From contig NC_086106.1 of NCBI RefSeq assembly GCF_963921235.1, positions 71,114,001 through 71,178,000 on the forward strand: a DNA stretch of 64,000 nucleotides. The letters run 5' to 3'. The notes under the pieces were generated by a model. The model was not told the DNA's origin. It did not search any database and saw nothing but the letters and a program-made list of their open reading frames with translations. The translations under genes and the position numbers were made by a program. The stretch is from Mobula hypostoma (Eukaryota). Position 1 is the stretch's first letter. Every line of letters starts with the position of its first letter. Shown piece by piece: positions 49,563 through 60,882 of this stretch.

Positions 49563-51153
49563 CAGTGGCAAGCTAAATTTGGGCACCCCTGGTCAAAATT
49601 TCTGTTGCTATGAATAGCTAAGCGAGGAAAAGATGACCTGATTTCCAAAAGGCATAAAGTTAAAGATGACACATTTCTTTAATATTTTAAGCAAGATTAC
49701 TTTTTTATTTCCATCTTTTACATTTTCAAGATAACAAAAAAGGAAAAGGGCCCAAAGCAAAAGTTTGGGCACCCTGCATGGTCAGTACTTAGTAATACCC
49801 CCTTTGGCAAGTATCACAGCTTTAAATGCTTTCTGTAGCTAGCTAAGAGTCTTTCCATTCTTGTTTGGAGGATTTTTGCCCATTCTTATTTACAAAAGGC
49901 TTCTAGTTCTGTGAGATTTTTGAGCCCTCTTGCATGCACTGCTCTTTTGAGGTCTATCCACGGATTTTCGATGATGTTTAGGTCAGGGGACTGTGAGGGC
50001 CATGGCAAAATATTCAGCTTGTGCCTCTTGAGGTATACCTTTGTGGATTTTGAGGTGTGTTTAGGATCACTATCCTGATGTAGAAGCCATCCTCTCTTCG
50101 TCTTCAGCTTTTTTACAGACGATGTAATGTTTGCTTCCAGAATTTGCTGGTATTTAATTGAATTCATTCTTCCCTCTACCAGCGAAATGTTCCCCGTGCC
50201 ACTGGCTGCAACACAAGCCCAAAGCATGATCGATCCACCCCTGTGCTTAACAGTTGGAGAGGTGTTCTTTTCATGAAATTCTGCACTCTTTTTTCTCCAA
50301 ACATACCTTTGCTCATTGCAGCCAAAAGGTTCTATTTTAACTTCATCAGTCCACAGGTCTTGTTTCCAAAATGCATCAGGCTTATTTAGATGTTCCTTTA
50401 CAAACTTTTGATGCTGAATTTTGTGGTGAGGACGTATGAAAGGTTTTCTTCTGATGACTCTTCCATGAAGGTCATATTTGTGCAGGTATCGCTGCACAGT
50501 AGAACAGTGCACCACCACTCCAGAGTCTGCTAAATCTTCCTGAAGGTCTTTTGCAGTCAAACGGGGATCTTGATTTGCCTTTCTAGCAATCCTACGAGCA
50601 ATTCTCTCAGAAAGTTTTCTTGCTCTTCCAGACCTCAACCTGACCTCCACCGTTCCTGTTAACTGCCATTTCTTAACTACATTACAAACTGAGGAAATGG
50701 CTACCCGAAAATGCTTTGCTATCTCCTTATAGCCTTCTCCTGCTTTGTGGGCATCATTCATTTTAATTTTCAGAGTGCTAGGCAGCTGCTTAGAGGAACC
50801 CATGGCTGCTGATTATTGAGACAAGGTTTGAAGAGTCAGAGTATTTATAAAGCTTTGAAATTTGCATCATCTGGCCTTTCCTAACGATGACTGTGAACAA
50901 GCAATGCCTAACACGTTGGTAAAAGTTATCTGAAAGCTCAAATCTCTTGGGGTGTCCAAACTTTTGCATGGTGCTCCTTTCCACTCTAAAATTGTACAAA
51001 ACAAAACTAATACACTAATCTTGCTTAAGGTGTTGAAAAGAATGTTTCATCTTTAACTTTATGACTTTTGGAGATCAGTTCATCTTCTACTCACTTAACT
51101 ATTCACAGTAACAGAAATTTTGACCAGGGTGCCCAAACTTTTGCATGCCCCTG
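49563..51153 (-). mobile_element. Tc1-family DNA transposon, IR/DR type, full length (1591 bp)
   Basis: TA TSDs (49561-49562, 51154-51155) and CAG termini. ~205-212 bp TIRs, each with outer and inner direct repeats close to GCAAAAGTTTGGGCACCC. Confidence 0.95.
49782..50803 (-). pseudogene. Tc1 DD34E transposase with C-terminal lesions
   Basis: Paired-like HTH, GRARK, WTDE, HQDSDPKH and WPSQSPDLNIIEN (34 residues between D and E). Premature TAA at 49886-49888 and a 1-nt frameshift before AVILAKGGITKY*. Confidence 0.9.
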
Positions 51154-51668
51154 TATAATAATGTCCTGAAATGGTCTGTAAAACATTTGCCACTTCAACA
51201 GAATTATGTTTCCTGGTCATCTTCTCTTTCAAGGAACTAAACTGCTTTTGAACTTTTAAATAATGAACCCTCATTGCTCAAAGCATGATAAACAAATCAT
51301 CTCCAGTATTTACGGTTGCTTAAGTAAGAAATCTCAAATTTCTAATTCTATATTGGCAAAAAAGCAACCAAAACCCAACAGTTTTGAAGCATAATATCTG
51401 AAAAAAAAAGTAACCAGGCATAGTTATTAAGTAGTCAATGTAAGAGAAACACAGCTTCTGGGTCCTTTAGGCTAGTCTCTTTTTGCTGTCTAGCATCCAT
51501 AAATCTAAATGAGTTTCACATATTTTGTGGTATATTTGCCTTGAAAAAGAAAGACATAGTCAGCTTCAGTTGAAGCAAGCAGCTGAGAAGAAGGGAGTGA
51601 AGAAATCGGGTAGAAAAAGTCATTTTTTTTTAAACACTGCTTGGGGAGAAGGGTCTGCACTGAGCAGG

Positions 51669-51697
51669 CACGTGACGTAGCGCGCCAAGGTTTAAAA
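51669..51697 (+). promoter_or_regulatory. Putative CR1 5' promoter: overlapping E-box/CRE-like motif plus TATA-like box
   Basis: CACGTG (51669-51674) overlaps TGACGT (51673-51678). TTTAAAA at 51691-51697. CpG cluster. Confidence 0.45.
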
Positions 51698-51856
51698 GCA
51701 GACCACCATATACAGTGGCCATCATTGTAGCGGCAATCGTCGGAGTGGACTGAGTCAGAATGGGACGGCTTTGGCTCAACAGGCTTTGGCGAGAACAGGC
51801 AGAGGCTAGGGTAGGTTCCGGTAAGTTTTTTGTTCAGATTGTTTACAGTAGAGAGA

Positions 51857-52766
51857 ATGCCAGGCAGGATGTTGGAATGCTCCTCTTGCAGGATGTGGCA
51901 AGTCAGGGAGCCCTCCGGTGTCCCTGACAATGACACCTGCAAGAAGTGCATCCAGCTGCAGCTCCTGACAAACCGTGTTAGGGAACTGGAGCAGGAGCTG
52001 GATGACCTGCGGATCATTCGGGAGAATGAGGAGATTATAGATATTAGCTACAGGGAGGTAGTTACGCCAGAGGAGCAGAGGACAGGAAATTGGGTCGGCT
52101 GAGGGAAGAGGAAAGGGCAGGCAGAGCAGGGTTCCCCTGTGGCCATTCCCCTCAACAACAAGTATACCGCATTGGATACTGTTGGGGGGGGATGACTTAC
52201 CTGGGACAAGCTGCAGTAGCCGGATCTCTGGCACTAAGTCTGCCTCTGCAGTGCAGAAGGGAGGGTGGAAAAAGAGGAGAGCGGTAGTGATAGGGGACTC
52301 GATAGTTAGAGGTGCAAATAGGAGGTTCTGTGGTCATGACAGAGAATCCAGGATGGTTTGTTGCCTCCCGGGTGCCAGGGTCAAGGATGTCTCTGATCGC
52401 TTGCATGACATTCTGAAGTGGGCGGGTGATCAGCCAGATGTCGTGGTGCACATCGGTACCAATGACATAGCAAGGAAGAGTGAGGAGGTCCTGGAGAGTG
52501 AGTATAGAGAGCTTGGTAGGAAGTTGAAAAGCAGGACCTCAAGGGTGGTAATCTCAGGATTGCTACCTGTGCTAGGTGCCAGTGAGGGTAGGAATAGGAT
52601 GCTCTGCAGGATGAACAAGTGGCTGAGGAACTGGTGTAGGGGGCAGGGTTTCAGATTTCAGGATCATTGGGACCTGTACAAGAGAGACGGGTTACACTTG
52701 AACTACAGGGGGACCAATATCCTTTCGGGGAGGTTTGTTAGTGCTGTTGGGGAGGCTTTAAACTAG
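51857..52766 (+). pseudogene. CR1 ORF1 (zinc finger, coiled coil, SGNH esterase), frameshifted near 52095
   Basis: ORFs 51830-52102 and 52182-52766 are consecutive parts of one protein. Confidence 0.85.
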
Positions 52767-52768
52767 AT

Positions 52769-55681
52769 TTGCATGGGGATGGGAACCAGAGTGCCAGAGC
52801 TGACAGTGTGACTGGGGTGAAAATAAATGGTGTTAAAAGTTCAAGCAAATCCGCTAATAGAAAGGTTGTGAGTGGTGGTAAAAATCTTCTGAGGTGTATA
52901 TATTTCAATGCTAGGAGTATTGCGGGGAAGGCGGATGAGTTGAGGGTGTGGATTGACATGTGGAATTATAATGTTATAGCAATTAGTGAAACTTGGCTAC
53001 AGGAGGGGCAGGACTGGCAGCTTAATATTCCAGGGTTCCGATGTTTCAGATGTGATAGAGGCAGAGGAATGAAAGGTGGGGGAGTAGCATTGCTTGTTAG
53101 GGAAAATATTACAGCAGTGCTCAGGCAGGACAGATTAGAGGGCTTGTCTACTGAGTCCTTATGGGTAGAGCTGAGAAACAGGAAAGGTATGGCCACATTA
53201 GTGGGATTGTATTACAGACCACCCAATAGTCAACAAGAAGTGGAAGAGCAAACCTGCAGAGAGATAGCAGGCAACTGCAGGAAACATAAAGTTGTGGTGG
53301 TAGGGGATTTTAATTTTCCATATATTGATTGGGACTCCCATACTGTTAGGGGTCTAGATGGTTTAGAGTTTTTAAAATGTGTTCAGGAAAGTTTTCTAAA
53401 TCAATATATAGAGGGACCAACTAGAGGGGATGCAATATTGGATCTCCTGTTAGGAAACGAGTTAGGACAAGTGACGGAAGTCTGTGTAGGGGAACACTTT
53501 GGTTGAAACTAATAACACCATTAGTTTCAACTTGATCATGGACAAGGATAGATCTGGTCCTAGGGTTGAGGTTCTGAACTGGAAGAAGGCCAAATTTGAA
53601 GAAATGAGAAAGGATCTAAAAAGCGTGGATTGGTACATGTTGTTCTCTGGCAAAGATGTGATCGGTAGGTGGGAAGCCTTCAAAGGAGAAATTTTGAGAG
53701 TGCAGAGTTTGTATGTTCCTGTCAGGATTAAAGGCAAAGTGAATAGGAATAAGGAACCTTGGTTCTCAAGGGATATTGCAACTCTGATAAAGAAGAAGAG
53801 GGAATTGTATGACATGTATAGGAAACAGGGAGTAAATAAGGTGCTTGAGGAGTATAAGAAGTGCAAGAAAATACTTAAGAAATAAATCAGGAGGGCTAAA
53901 AGAAGACATGAGGTTGCCTTGGTAGTCAAAGTGAAGGATAATCCAAAGAGCTTTTACAGGTATATTAAGAGCAAAGGTTTGTAAGGGATAAAATTGGTCC
54001 TCTTGATGATCAGAGTGGTCGGCTATGTGCGGAACCAAAGGAAATGGGGGAGATCTTAAGTAGGTTTTTTGCGTCTGTATTTACTCAGGAAACTGACATG
54101 AAGTCTATGGAATTAAGGGAAACAAGTAGTGAGATCATGGAAACTGTACAGATTGAAAAGGAGGAGGTCCTTGCTGTCTTGAGGAAAATTAAAGTGGATA
54201 AATCCCCGGGACCTGACAGGGTGTTCCCTTGGACCTTGAAGGAGACTAGTGTTGAAATTGCAGGGGCCCTGGCAGAAATATTTAAAATGTCACTGTCTAC
54301 AGGTGAGGTGCCGGAGGATTGGAGAGTGGCTCATGTTGTTCCGTTGTTTAAAAAAGGATCGAAAAGTAGTCCGGGAAATTATAGGCCAGTAAGTTTAACG
54401 TCGGTAGTAGGTAAGTTATTGGAGGGAGTACTAAGAGACAGAATCTACAAGCGTTTGGATAGACAGGGACTTATTAGGGAGAGTCAACATGGCTTTGTGC
54501 GTGGTAGGTCATGTTTAACCAATCTATTAGAGTTTTTCGAGGAGGTTACCAGGAAAGTGGATGAAGGGAAGGCAGTGGATATTGTCTACATGGACTTCAG
54601 TAAGGCCTTTGACAAGGTCCCGCATGGGAGGTTAGTTAGGAAAATTCAGTCGCTAGGTATACATGGAGAGGTGGTAAATTGGATTAGATATTGGCTCAAT
54701 GGAAGAAGCCAAAGAGTGGTAGTAGAGAATTGCTTCTCTGAGTGGAGGCCTGTGACTAGTGGTGTGCCACAGGGATCAGTGCTGGGTCCTTTGTTATTTG
54801 TCATCTATATCAATGATCTGGATGATAATGTGGTAAATTGGATCAGCAAATTTGCTGATGATACAAAGATTAGAGTTGTAGTAGACAGTGAGGAAGGTTT
54901 TCAGCGCCTGCAGAGGGACTTGGACCAACTGAAAAAATGGCAGATGGAGTTTAATACTGACAAGTGTGAGGTATTGCACGTTGGAAGGACAAACCAAGGT
55001 AGAACATACAGGGTTAATGGTAAGGCACTGAGGAGTGCAGTAGAACAGAGGGATCTGGGAATACAGATACAAAGTTCCCTAAAAGTGTCGTCACAGGTAG
55101 ATAGGGTCGTAAAGAGAGCTTTTGGTACTTTGGCCTTTATTAATCAAAGTATTGAGTATAAGAGCTGGAATGTTATGATGAGGTTGTATAAGGCATTGGT
55201 GAGGCCGAATCTGGAGTATTGTGTTCAGTTTTGGTCACCAAATTACAGGAAGGATATAAATAAGGTTGAAAGAGTGCAGAGAAGGTTTACAAGGATGTTG
55301 CTGGGACTTGAGAAACTCAGTTACAGAGAAAGGTTGAATAGGTTAGGACTTTATTCCCTGGAGCATAGAAGAATGAGGGGAGATTTGATAGTGGTATATA
55401 TAATTATGATGGGTATCGATAGAGTGAATGCAAGCAGGCTTTTTCCACTGAGGCAAGGGGAGAAAAAAACCAGAGGACATGGGTTAAGGGTGAGGGGGGA
55501 AAAGTTTAAAGCGAACATTAGGAGGGGCTTCTTCACACAGAGAGTGGTGGGAGTATGGAATGAGCTGCCAGATGAGGTGGTAAATGCGGGTTCTTTTTTA
55601 ACATTTAAGAATAAATTGGACAGATACGTGAATGGGAGGTGTATGGAGGGATATGGTCCATGTGCATGTCAGTGGGACTAG
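52769..55681 (+). pseudogene. CR1 ORF2 (APE and RT), broken at ~53504, ~53883 and ~53982; the 545-aa RT part is uninterrupted
   Basis: ORFs 52769-53506, 53499-53885 and 54044-55681, with GVPQGSVLGPLLF and FADDTK. Confidence 0.9.
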
Positions 55682-55924
55682 GCAGAAAATGGTTCGGCAC
55701 GGCCAAGAAGGGCCAAAATGCCTGTTTCTGTGCTGTAGGTTTTCTATGGTTTCTAACCAAATGGAAAAAAAATAAATGGTCTTTTAATTTTATCATTTAT
55801 AATCAGTAACTACTGTTTGTACAAGTACTCATGAATTCTGCAATTCTTTGAATTTACATATCTAAGTGAAATTAACAGCAGTTGGAGAATGATTAGAAAC
55901 ATCATGGCATTGATGGCAATTAAA

Positions 55925-56090
55925 ATAGAAACAGAAAATACAAGAAACAACATGCATAGAAAGAGTCACAAGTTAACATTTCAGATCATTTGAATAGCCT
56001 TTTGATGGTCTATTGCTCATTGTGCAGGTTGTCTGCTGACTTTCCTGCATTTTCTGTTTTAAGTTCAGATTTCCAGCGTCTGGAGTTTTT
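55925..56090. mobile_element. Ancient inverted PLE-end pair
   Basis: AAACAGAAAATACAAGAAA pairs with TTTCCTGCATTTTCTGTTT, followed by the tail GATTTCCAGCGTCTGGAG. Confidence 0.55.
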
Positions 56091-56894
56091 TTCAATTTTA
56101 TTTACACATTAGCAATTACTTTTAACATTATATCAATGGCACACTGCTGCCTTGTCAATAATGAAATGTATTGATCATGACATCTGAGAATGATAATGGT
56201 CGCATTAATTAAATGAGATTCTAACTAATTAATTGTCCTTAGCAATTGGACATACATGGACGTGTCAGCAATTTTATTACAAGAGTAACTAAAATCTGAG
56301 CTACAATCAAAAATAAATGTTGGAAATGCTCAGCAAGTTGGACAGGATCTATAAAGAGAGAAACAGATTTAGTGTTTCATCCTTTTCTCTGGAACTTGGA
56401 ACTCACCAGATATGATGAAACATCATCAAGAACAACATCTGGCCTACGCTCACCATGTGGTCTCTCTAACCTCTTGTGCAGTGTGATTCTTAAATCTTGT
56501 CAGTGTGCTTGCCATTGCTGTTCAGTAATGAGCAACAATTTTCAGGCAGTGTCAAGGTTGCAAACAGTGGGGACCTAGGCCCCAACTCTCCAACCTTCTT
56601 GATAACCTCTGACAGCCTGTGCTGTGTAAAGAAATTTCTACTGGTTCTGTGACAATAAGAAGCAAAACAGTTTTAAAAATGTGTTAAAATTGTTTGTGAA
56701 TAATAAATTTACTTCTAAACACATGGTACTGCTGTTATTATAAAAGTAAAATACACTGAAATAAAGACTAATCAAAAACTAAACTTGCATTTTAATTTAA
56801 AGCTGGCAATATGTGAATGTGGCCACACTAAGTATACCAGCTATGAAATAAAGTTTGTGGGCCAGATTTGAAGTACATCCAGCCCCTTGACCCA

Positions 56895-57355
56895 GCAACT
56901 GGTGACGTCTTTGGTGAGTTCAGTGAAGAGCGAAGGGTTAGCTTTTTGTGTTTGATCTCCAGCACGTACCTGACATTCTCCCTGCCCTTTTCAGGTGCGG
57001 AAATCTAGAAAGGGCTGCAATGTGGACTTCAGCTGGTTGAGTTTTATGCTGGCTCATTGGTTTCACGAGGTGAAAACAACTGCAGGCTGTTCTTGAAGAA
57101 GTATGGCTCCAGGGCAACTTCTATGCACCATCAATTTACAGGTCATGAGACTCAGGGGACTGAGCTATATTATTTATTTATTTATTTTGTAACTGTATGT
57201 TTTGCTGCTATCATAATTATAAGTGTTATATATGCCATACGCTGTTTGTGGCTGTTAGTACTGCGTTTTGTACCATAGCCCTGGAGAAATGCTGTTTTCC
57301 TTGGCTGTATTCATGTGTGCAGTTGAATGACAATTCATTCTGAAATTGAACTTAA
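56895..57355 (+). mobile_element. Non-autonomous retroposon related to the Rex-tail family
   Basis: Pyrimidine tract followed by CAGGT at ~56980-56996. 3' end GAATGACAATT..TGAAATTGAACTT. Confidence 0.45.
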
Positions 57356-57581
57356 CTCCATTTTCCTTAGCACAGCTGCTGACGTATCTGCTTAGTAATT
57401 CAAGAATTCTCTGATTTAATATTTAAACTATGATGGTGCTGTGTGTAATAATCACAGGTGAATTAAAGATCTCAAATGTTCAATGTTATTATTGTCTGTG
57501 TACCCTGAGTGGAAAGATATCAAACTCATATACTTAAAATTATTTCAAGTCTCAGCACAATGAATAGCTGGTTCCGTTATT

Positions 57582-57760
57582 ACATAAGAATATAAGAAAT
57601 AGGACCAACAGTAGGGTCTCTAGCCCATTGAGCCTGCTCTGCCATTCGATAAGATGAAGGCTGATCTGGCTGTGGACTAAGCTTCACCTGCTTGTCCTTT
57701 CCCCATAACACTTAATACCCCGGTTCTATATAAAAAAAAGGTCTTAAGTATATATATAGG
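57582..57760 (-). mobile_element. CR1 3' UTR fragment
   Basis: CATAAGAATATAAGAAATAGGACCAACAGTAGG..GCCCATTGAGCCTGCTCTGCCATTC. Confidence 0.75.
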
Positions 57761-58785
57761 TTTTATTTTGTTAAATCTCAATTTCTGTTATTCGATCACT
57801 TTTATTTGAAATCTAATTTTAACTCCCAATAGAAATTCAGGCAAATGGATGTGCTTAACTTTAAATACATTAGCAGCTCTGTACAAGTATGCCCTTGCAT
57901 AAGAAATTGTTCAAGAGACTAATTTGCTAATAAATGGTTGCCTGCCAATTTAAGTCTCTGCTTTTGTAACCATTTAAACAACATTTTAGACAAATTGTGT
58001 CATTCAGAGTGGTATTGTTCCTCTGCTCATAATTAAGTTTGAATGAGTTGGGTCTGGTGTTGAACAATGAATTGACTTTAGCCATGGAGTTTCCATACGT
58101 ACAAGGACAAATTAAAATTGTGCTTTGGCCTATATTGCTGGAGAAGTGTTGAAAAAATGCTTGCCCTATTGACAAGCAAGATTATACAACATGTGCCCTT
58201 TGTGTCTTCAAGCCAATCTAAACTGACAACTGATTGCACTTCACCATCACAGTTGTGTGAATTACTGCAACCTTGAACCTTAGGTTTTCACTGTGTATCT
58301 GGACGAAAGGTATCCTTTTAGGTGTAATAAAAAAATATTCTTGTTAGATTGTAACTCAGACATATTTCTTGGGGTAATTTTTCCAGTGTTATGCTTCACG
58401 AAATGAGGTAAAGAGCCACAATAAGTATGTAAAATGCAGGAGGCATGGTATAATTCAAATGTATGGAATTTTAAATCAAGTTGAGCTGGTAATATTCACA
58501 CAGTCCGTCTGGATTTAGACCATGTCAGAATCCTAATGCTGAGTAAATGTTTCTAATATGATAAAAGAGAAAGCGAAGGAATTATGATTTAGTGGATGAG
58601 AGTTGGCTAATTGCTGAACTATCCCAAAGGTATGATTGCATTTAGCTTTAATTATTTTGATTTATCCTGCTATAGTAATAATAACAGCACTTTTTGGGGG
58701 TTAAAATTGTTGTTGGTGTTGAGCAAGTCCAAGAATATTAGTTGTGTTTTGCCTTTTGCTCTCCCTTCCTGGCACCGTTTGAAAG

Positions 58786-58807
58786 AAGCTCCTTGGCGAT
58801 ACTGCAG
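58786..58807 (+). CDS. Candidate 22-nt micro-exon
   Basis: Long pyrimidine tract TTTTGCCTTTTGCTCTCCCTTCCT...GAAAG, donor CAG|GTAAGC. Reads KLLGDTA (phase 0-1) or (E)APWRYC (phase 1-2). Confidence 0.35.
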
Positions 58808-58919
58808 GTAAGCCAGGAGAAAAGATGTTCCCCATCAGTGCCTTGATTTTTATTCCCATTCAGTCTCCCAGTTCCTGAACTGTGAAACTAGGTAGATTGC
58901 TACATCCAAAAGACATTTT

Positions 58920-59835
58920 TGCCTAGAGTTGTAGACACAGCTCAGTACATCATAGGAACCAGCCTCTCCTCTGTGGTCTCTGTCTACACTTCTTATTATG
59001 TCAGTAAAGCAGCGTGTGAAGTCTGGCCATGGCGGATTGAGTGGAAGAGACCAATTAATAGTCCAACTGTCAAGAAGGCAGGCCAGCAGGCGTGTTGGAA
59101 CGCTAAGAGCACGACAAGGCACTTAGACGTCCTGGTCATCCACTACAAGAGGTGGTGATCTCTTTACACTCACCCGGCAGAAGGCAAAGGCAAACCACTG
59201 CTGTCACCTGCCGAGTATATGATTTCCCAATATGTCAGAGCAGCGTGGAGGGAAATCGTCCGCCAGCTGGAAATTCCAGATGCGACCTAACGACGACGAA
59301 AGCATCCAACCATTCCAGGATGGGTAGGGCCTAATCACCATCTCTCAGCCCAGCTCCACAATCCGTCAATGTCCTACAACAACCTTCTACACTATCTACT
59401 GCACCACCAGCCTTTTAGTACTAACCCACACTTCCACTTTCTCATCCAAGTCATTTATAAAAATTACAAAGTGAAAGGGTCCCAGAACAGATACCTGTGG
59501 AATGCTACTTGTCATGGACTTCTTCCCTCTCCTTGAAAGCACATAGCACCAGGCTCAAGGACAGATTCTATCCCAGTTATCAGACTCTTAAACAGAAATC
59601 TAGTATAATAAGATGTACTTATGGCCTCACAGTCTCCTTTTTCATGATCTTGCATTTCATTGTTGACCTGCACTGCAATTTGCCAGCAGTTTTTACACTT
59701 AATTGTGCATTGTTATTGTTTTACCTTATTCCAGTTCATTGCATTGTGTAATGATTTGATCCATATAAACAGTATGCACGGCAAGCTTTTCACTGTATTT
59801 TGGTACATGTGATAATAATAAACCAATGCTAGTTC
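58920..59835 (+). mobile_element. Rex1/Babar 3' end fragmented by insertions
   Basis: RVVDTAQYIIGTSLSSV, then LKAHSTRLKDRFYP. Tail GTGATAATAATAAACCAAT. Confidence 0.7.
59014..59298 (+). mobile_element. Short RTE-related retroposon (Bov-A/Sauria-like segment)
   Basis: GAAGGCAAAGGCAAACCACT motif and (ACG)3 end. Imperfect 8-bp TSD AAAGCAGC/AAAGCATC (59006-59013, 59299-59306). Confidence 0.55.
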
Positions 59836-60494
59836 TAATAGTAAGGCATTCAACAAGAGTCCGCAAGGTAAACTCGTTCAGGAAATTTGGAAGCATGGGA
59901 TTCAGGGAAGATTGGCTGCATGGATTTGGTATTGACTTGCCTGGACAGCATAGTCTCCCTCTTCCAGGTTTAACAGTTTAACAGTGAATGTACATGCATC
60001 CATGTGTGTGTGCCTTCCACCAAAATATGAAGGACAATCCCTGTATCTGTGCTTACATTTTAATTGACATAAATGAAAAAAATACATTGTTCAAAACTCC
60101 CATTAACCAGTCAAACCAAAGTTCAGCCAATGTATTCTACCTAAAGAACTTCAATCTCCATCATTAACAGTCTCTATAATTATCATCCACTACATTGCTG
60201 ATCAACTTATTCGATAAGTTTTTTTACCCCACTATCAGAGGTGTCCCAAATGAGCACCAGAAATACAAATTTCTTAATTTTGGGACATCAGGTAGAATAT
60301 ACACAAACATTTTTCCTCCATATGACTAAATGTTTTATTTTCCAAGTAAAGTTTAAAAAATATCCTAATAGGAACCATTGCCTAAACTGGTGATGCAAAG
60401 TTTGGAGGTGGCCCAAGTGTTGCAGAACTTAAAGGAAAAGAACAGCTATAAATATTAGACCAACAGGGTTGTTAACTCAATCTCTTAAACTGAA

Positions 60495-60882
60495 GCAACA
60501 CACATCAAAGTTGCTGGTGAACGCAGCAGGCCAGGCAGCATCTCTAGGAAGAGGTACAGTCGACGTTTCAGGCCAGGACCCTTCGTCAGGACTAACTGAA
60601 GGAAGAGTGAGTAAGAGATTTGAAAGTTGGAGGGGGAGGGGGAGATCCAAAATGATAGGAGAAGACAGGAAGGGGAGGATTGGAGCCAAGAGCTGGACAG
60701 GTGATTGGCAAAGGGGATATGAGAGGATCATTTTGGCAGCTCTTGGCTCCATCCCTCCCCTTCCTGTCTTCTCCTATCATTTTGGCAGCTCTTGGCTTCA
60801 TCCCTCCCCCTGCTGCGTTCACCAGCAACTTTGATGTGTGTTGCTTGAATTTCCAGCATCTGCAGAATTCCTGTTGTTTGCG
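60495..60882. mobile_element. Inverted PLE mini-element with a rearranged second arm
   Basis: 13-bp TSD CTCTTAAACTGAA (60482-60494, 60883-60895). Terminal arms GCAACACACATCAAAGTTGCTGGTGAACGCAGCAG and its reverse complement, plus a ~38-nt tail. Confidence 0.9.
60558..60593 (-). ncRNA. Minimal type I hammerhead ribozyme motif (intact core)
   Basis: Sense AGTC-CTGACGA-AGGGTCCTGGCCT-GAAAC-GTC-GACT. Confidence 0.8.

Larger units (their letters stand above)
51630..55755 (+). mobile_element. Nearly full-length CR1 LINE (5' UTR, ORF1, ORF2, 3' tail)
   Basis: ORF1: CSSC..CKKC zinc finger, leucine heptads, SGNH esterase (VIGDS, HIGTND, DGLHLN). ORF2: APE (NARSI, ISETW, YYRPP, GDFN, LDL) and RT. Tail TTCTATGGTTTCTA. 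Confidence 0.95.

Noticed and set aside
52182-52766. SGNH esterase ORF as a host lipase gene
   Set aside because: It is CR1 ORF1, flanked by the zinc finger and the APE-RT ORF2, and repeated at 43000-43665.
51505-55536. Multiple antisense ORFs over the CR1 (and similar ones over other LINEs)
   Set aside because: They are shadows of the coding strand with no independent signal.
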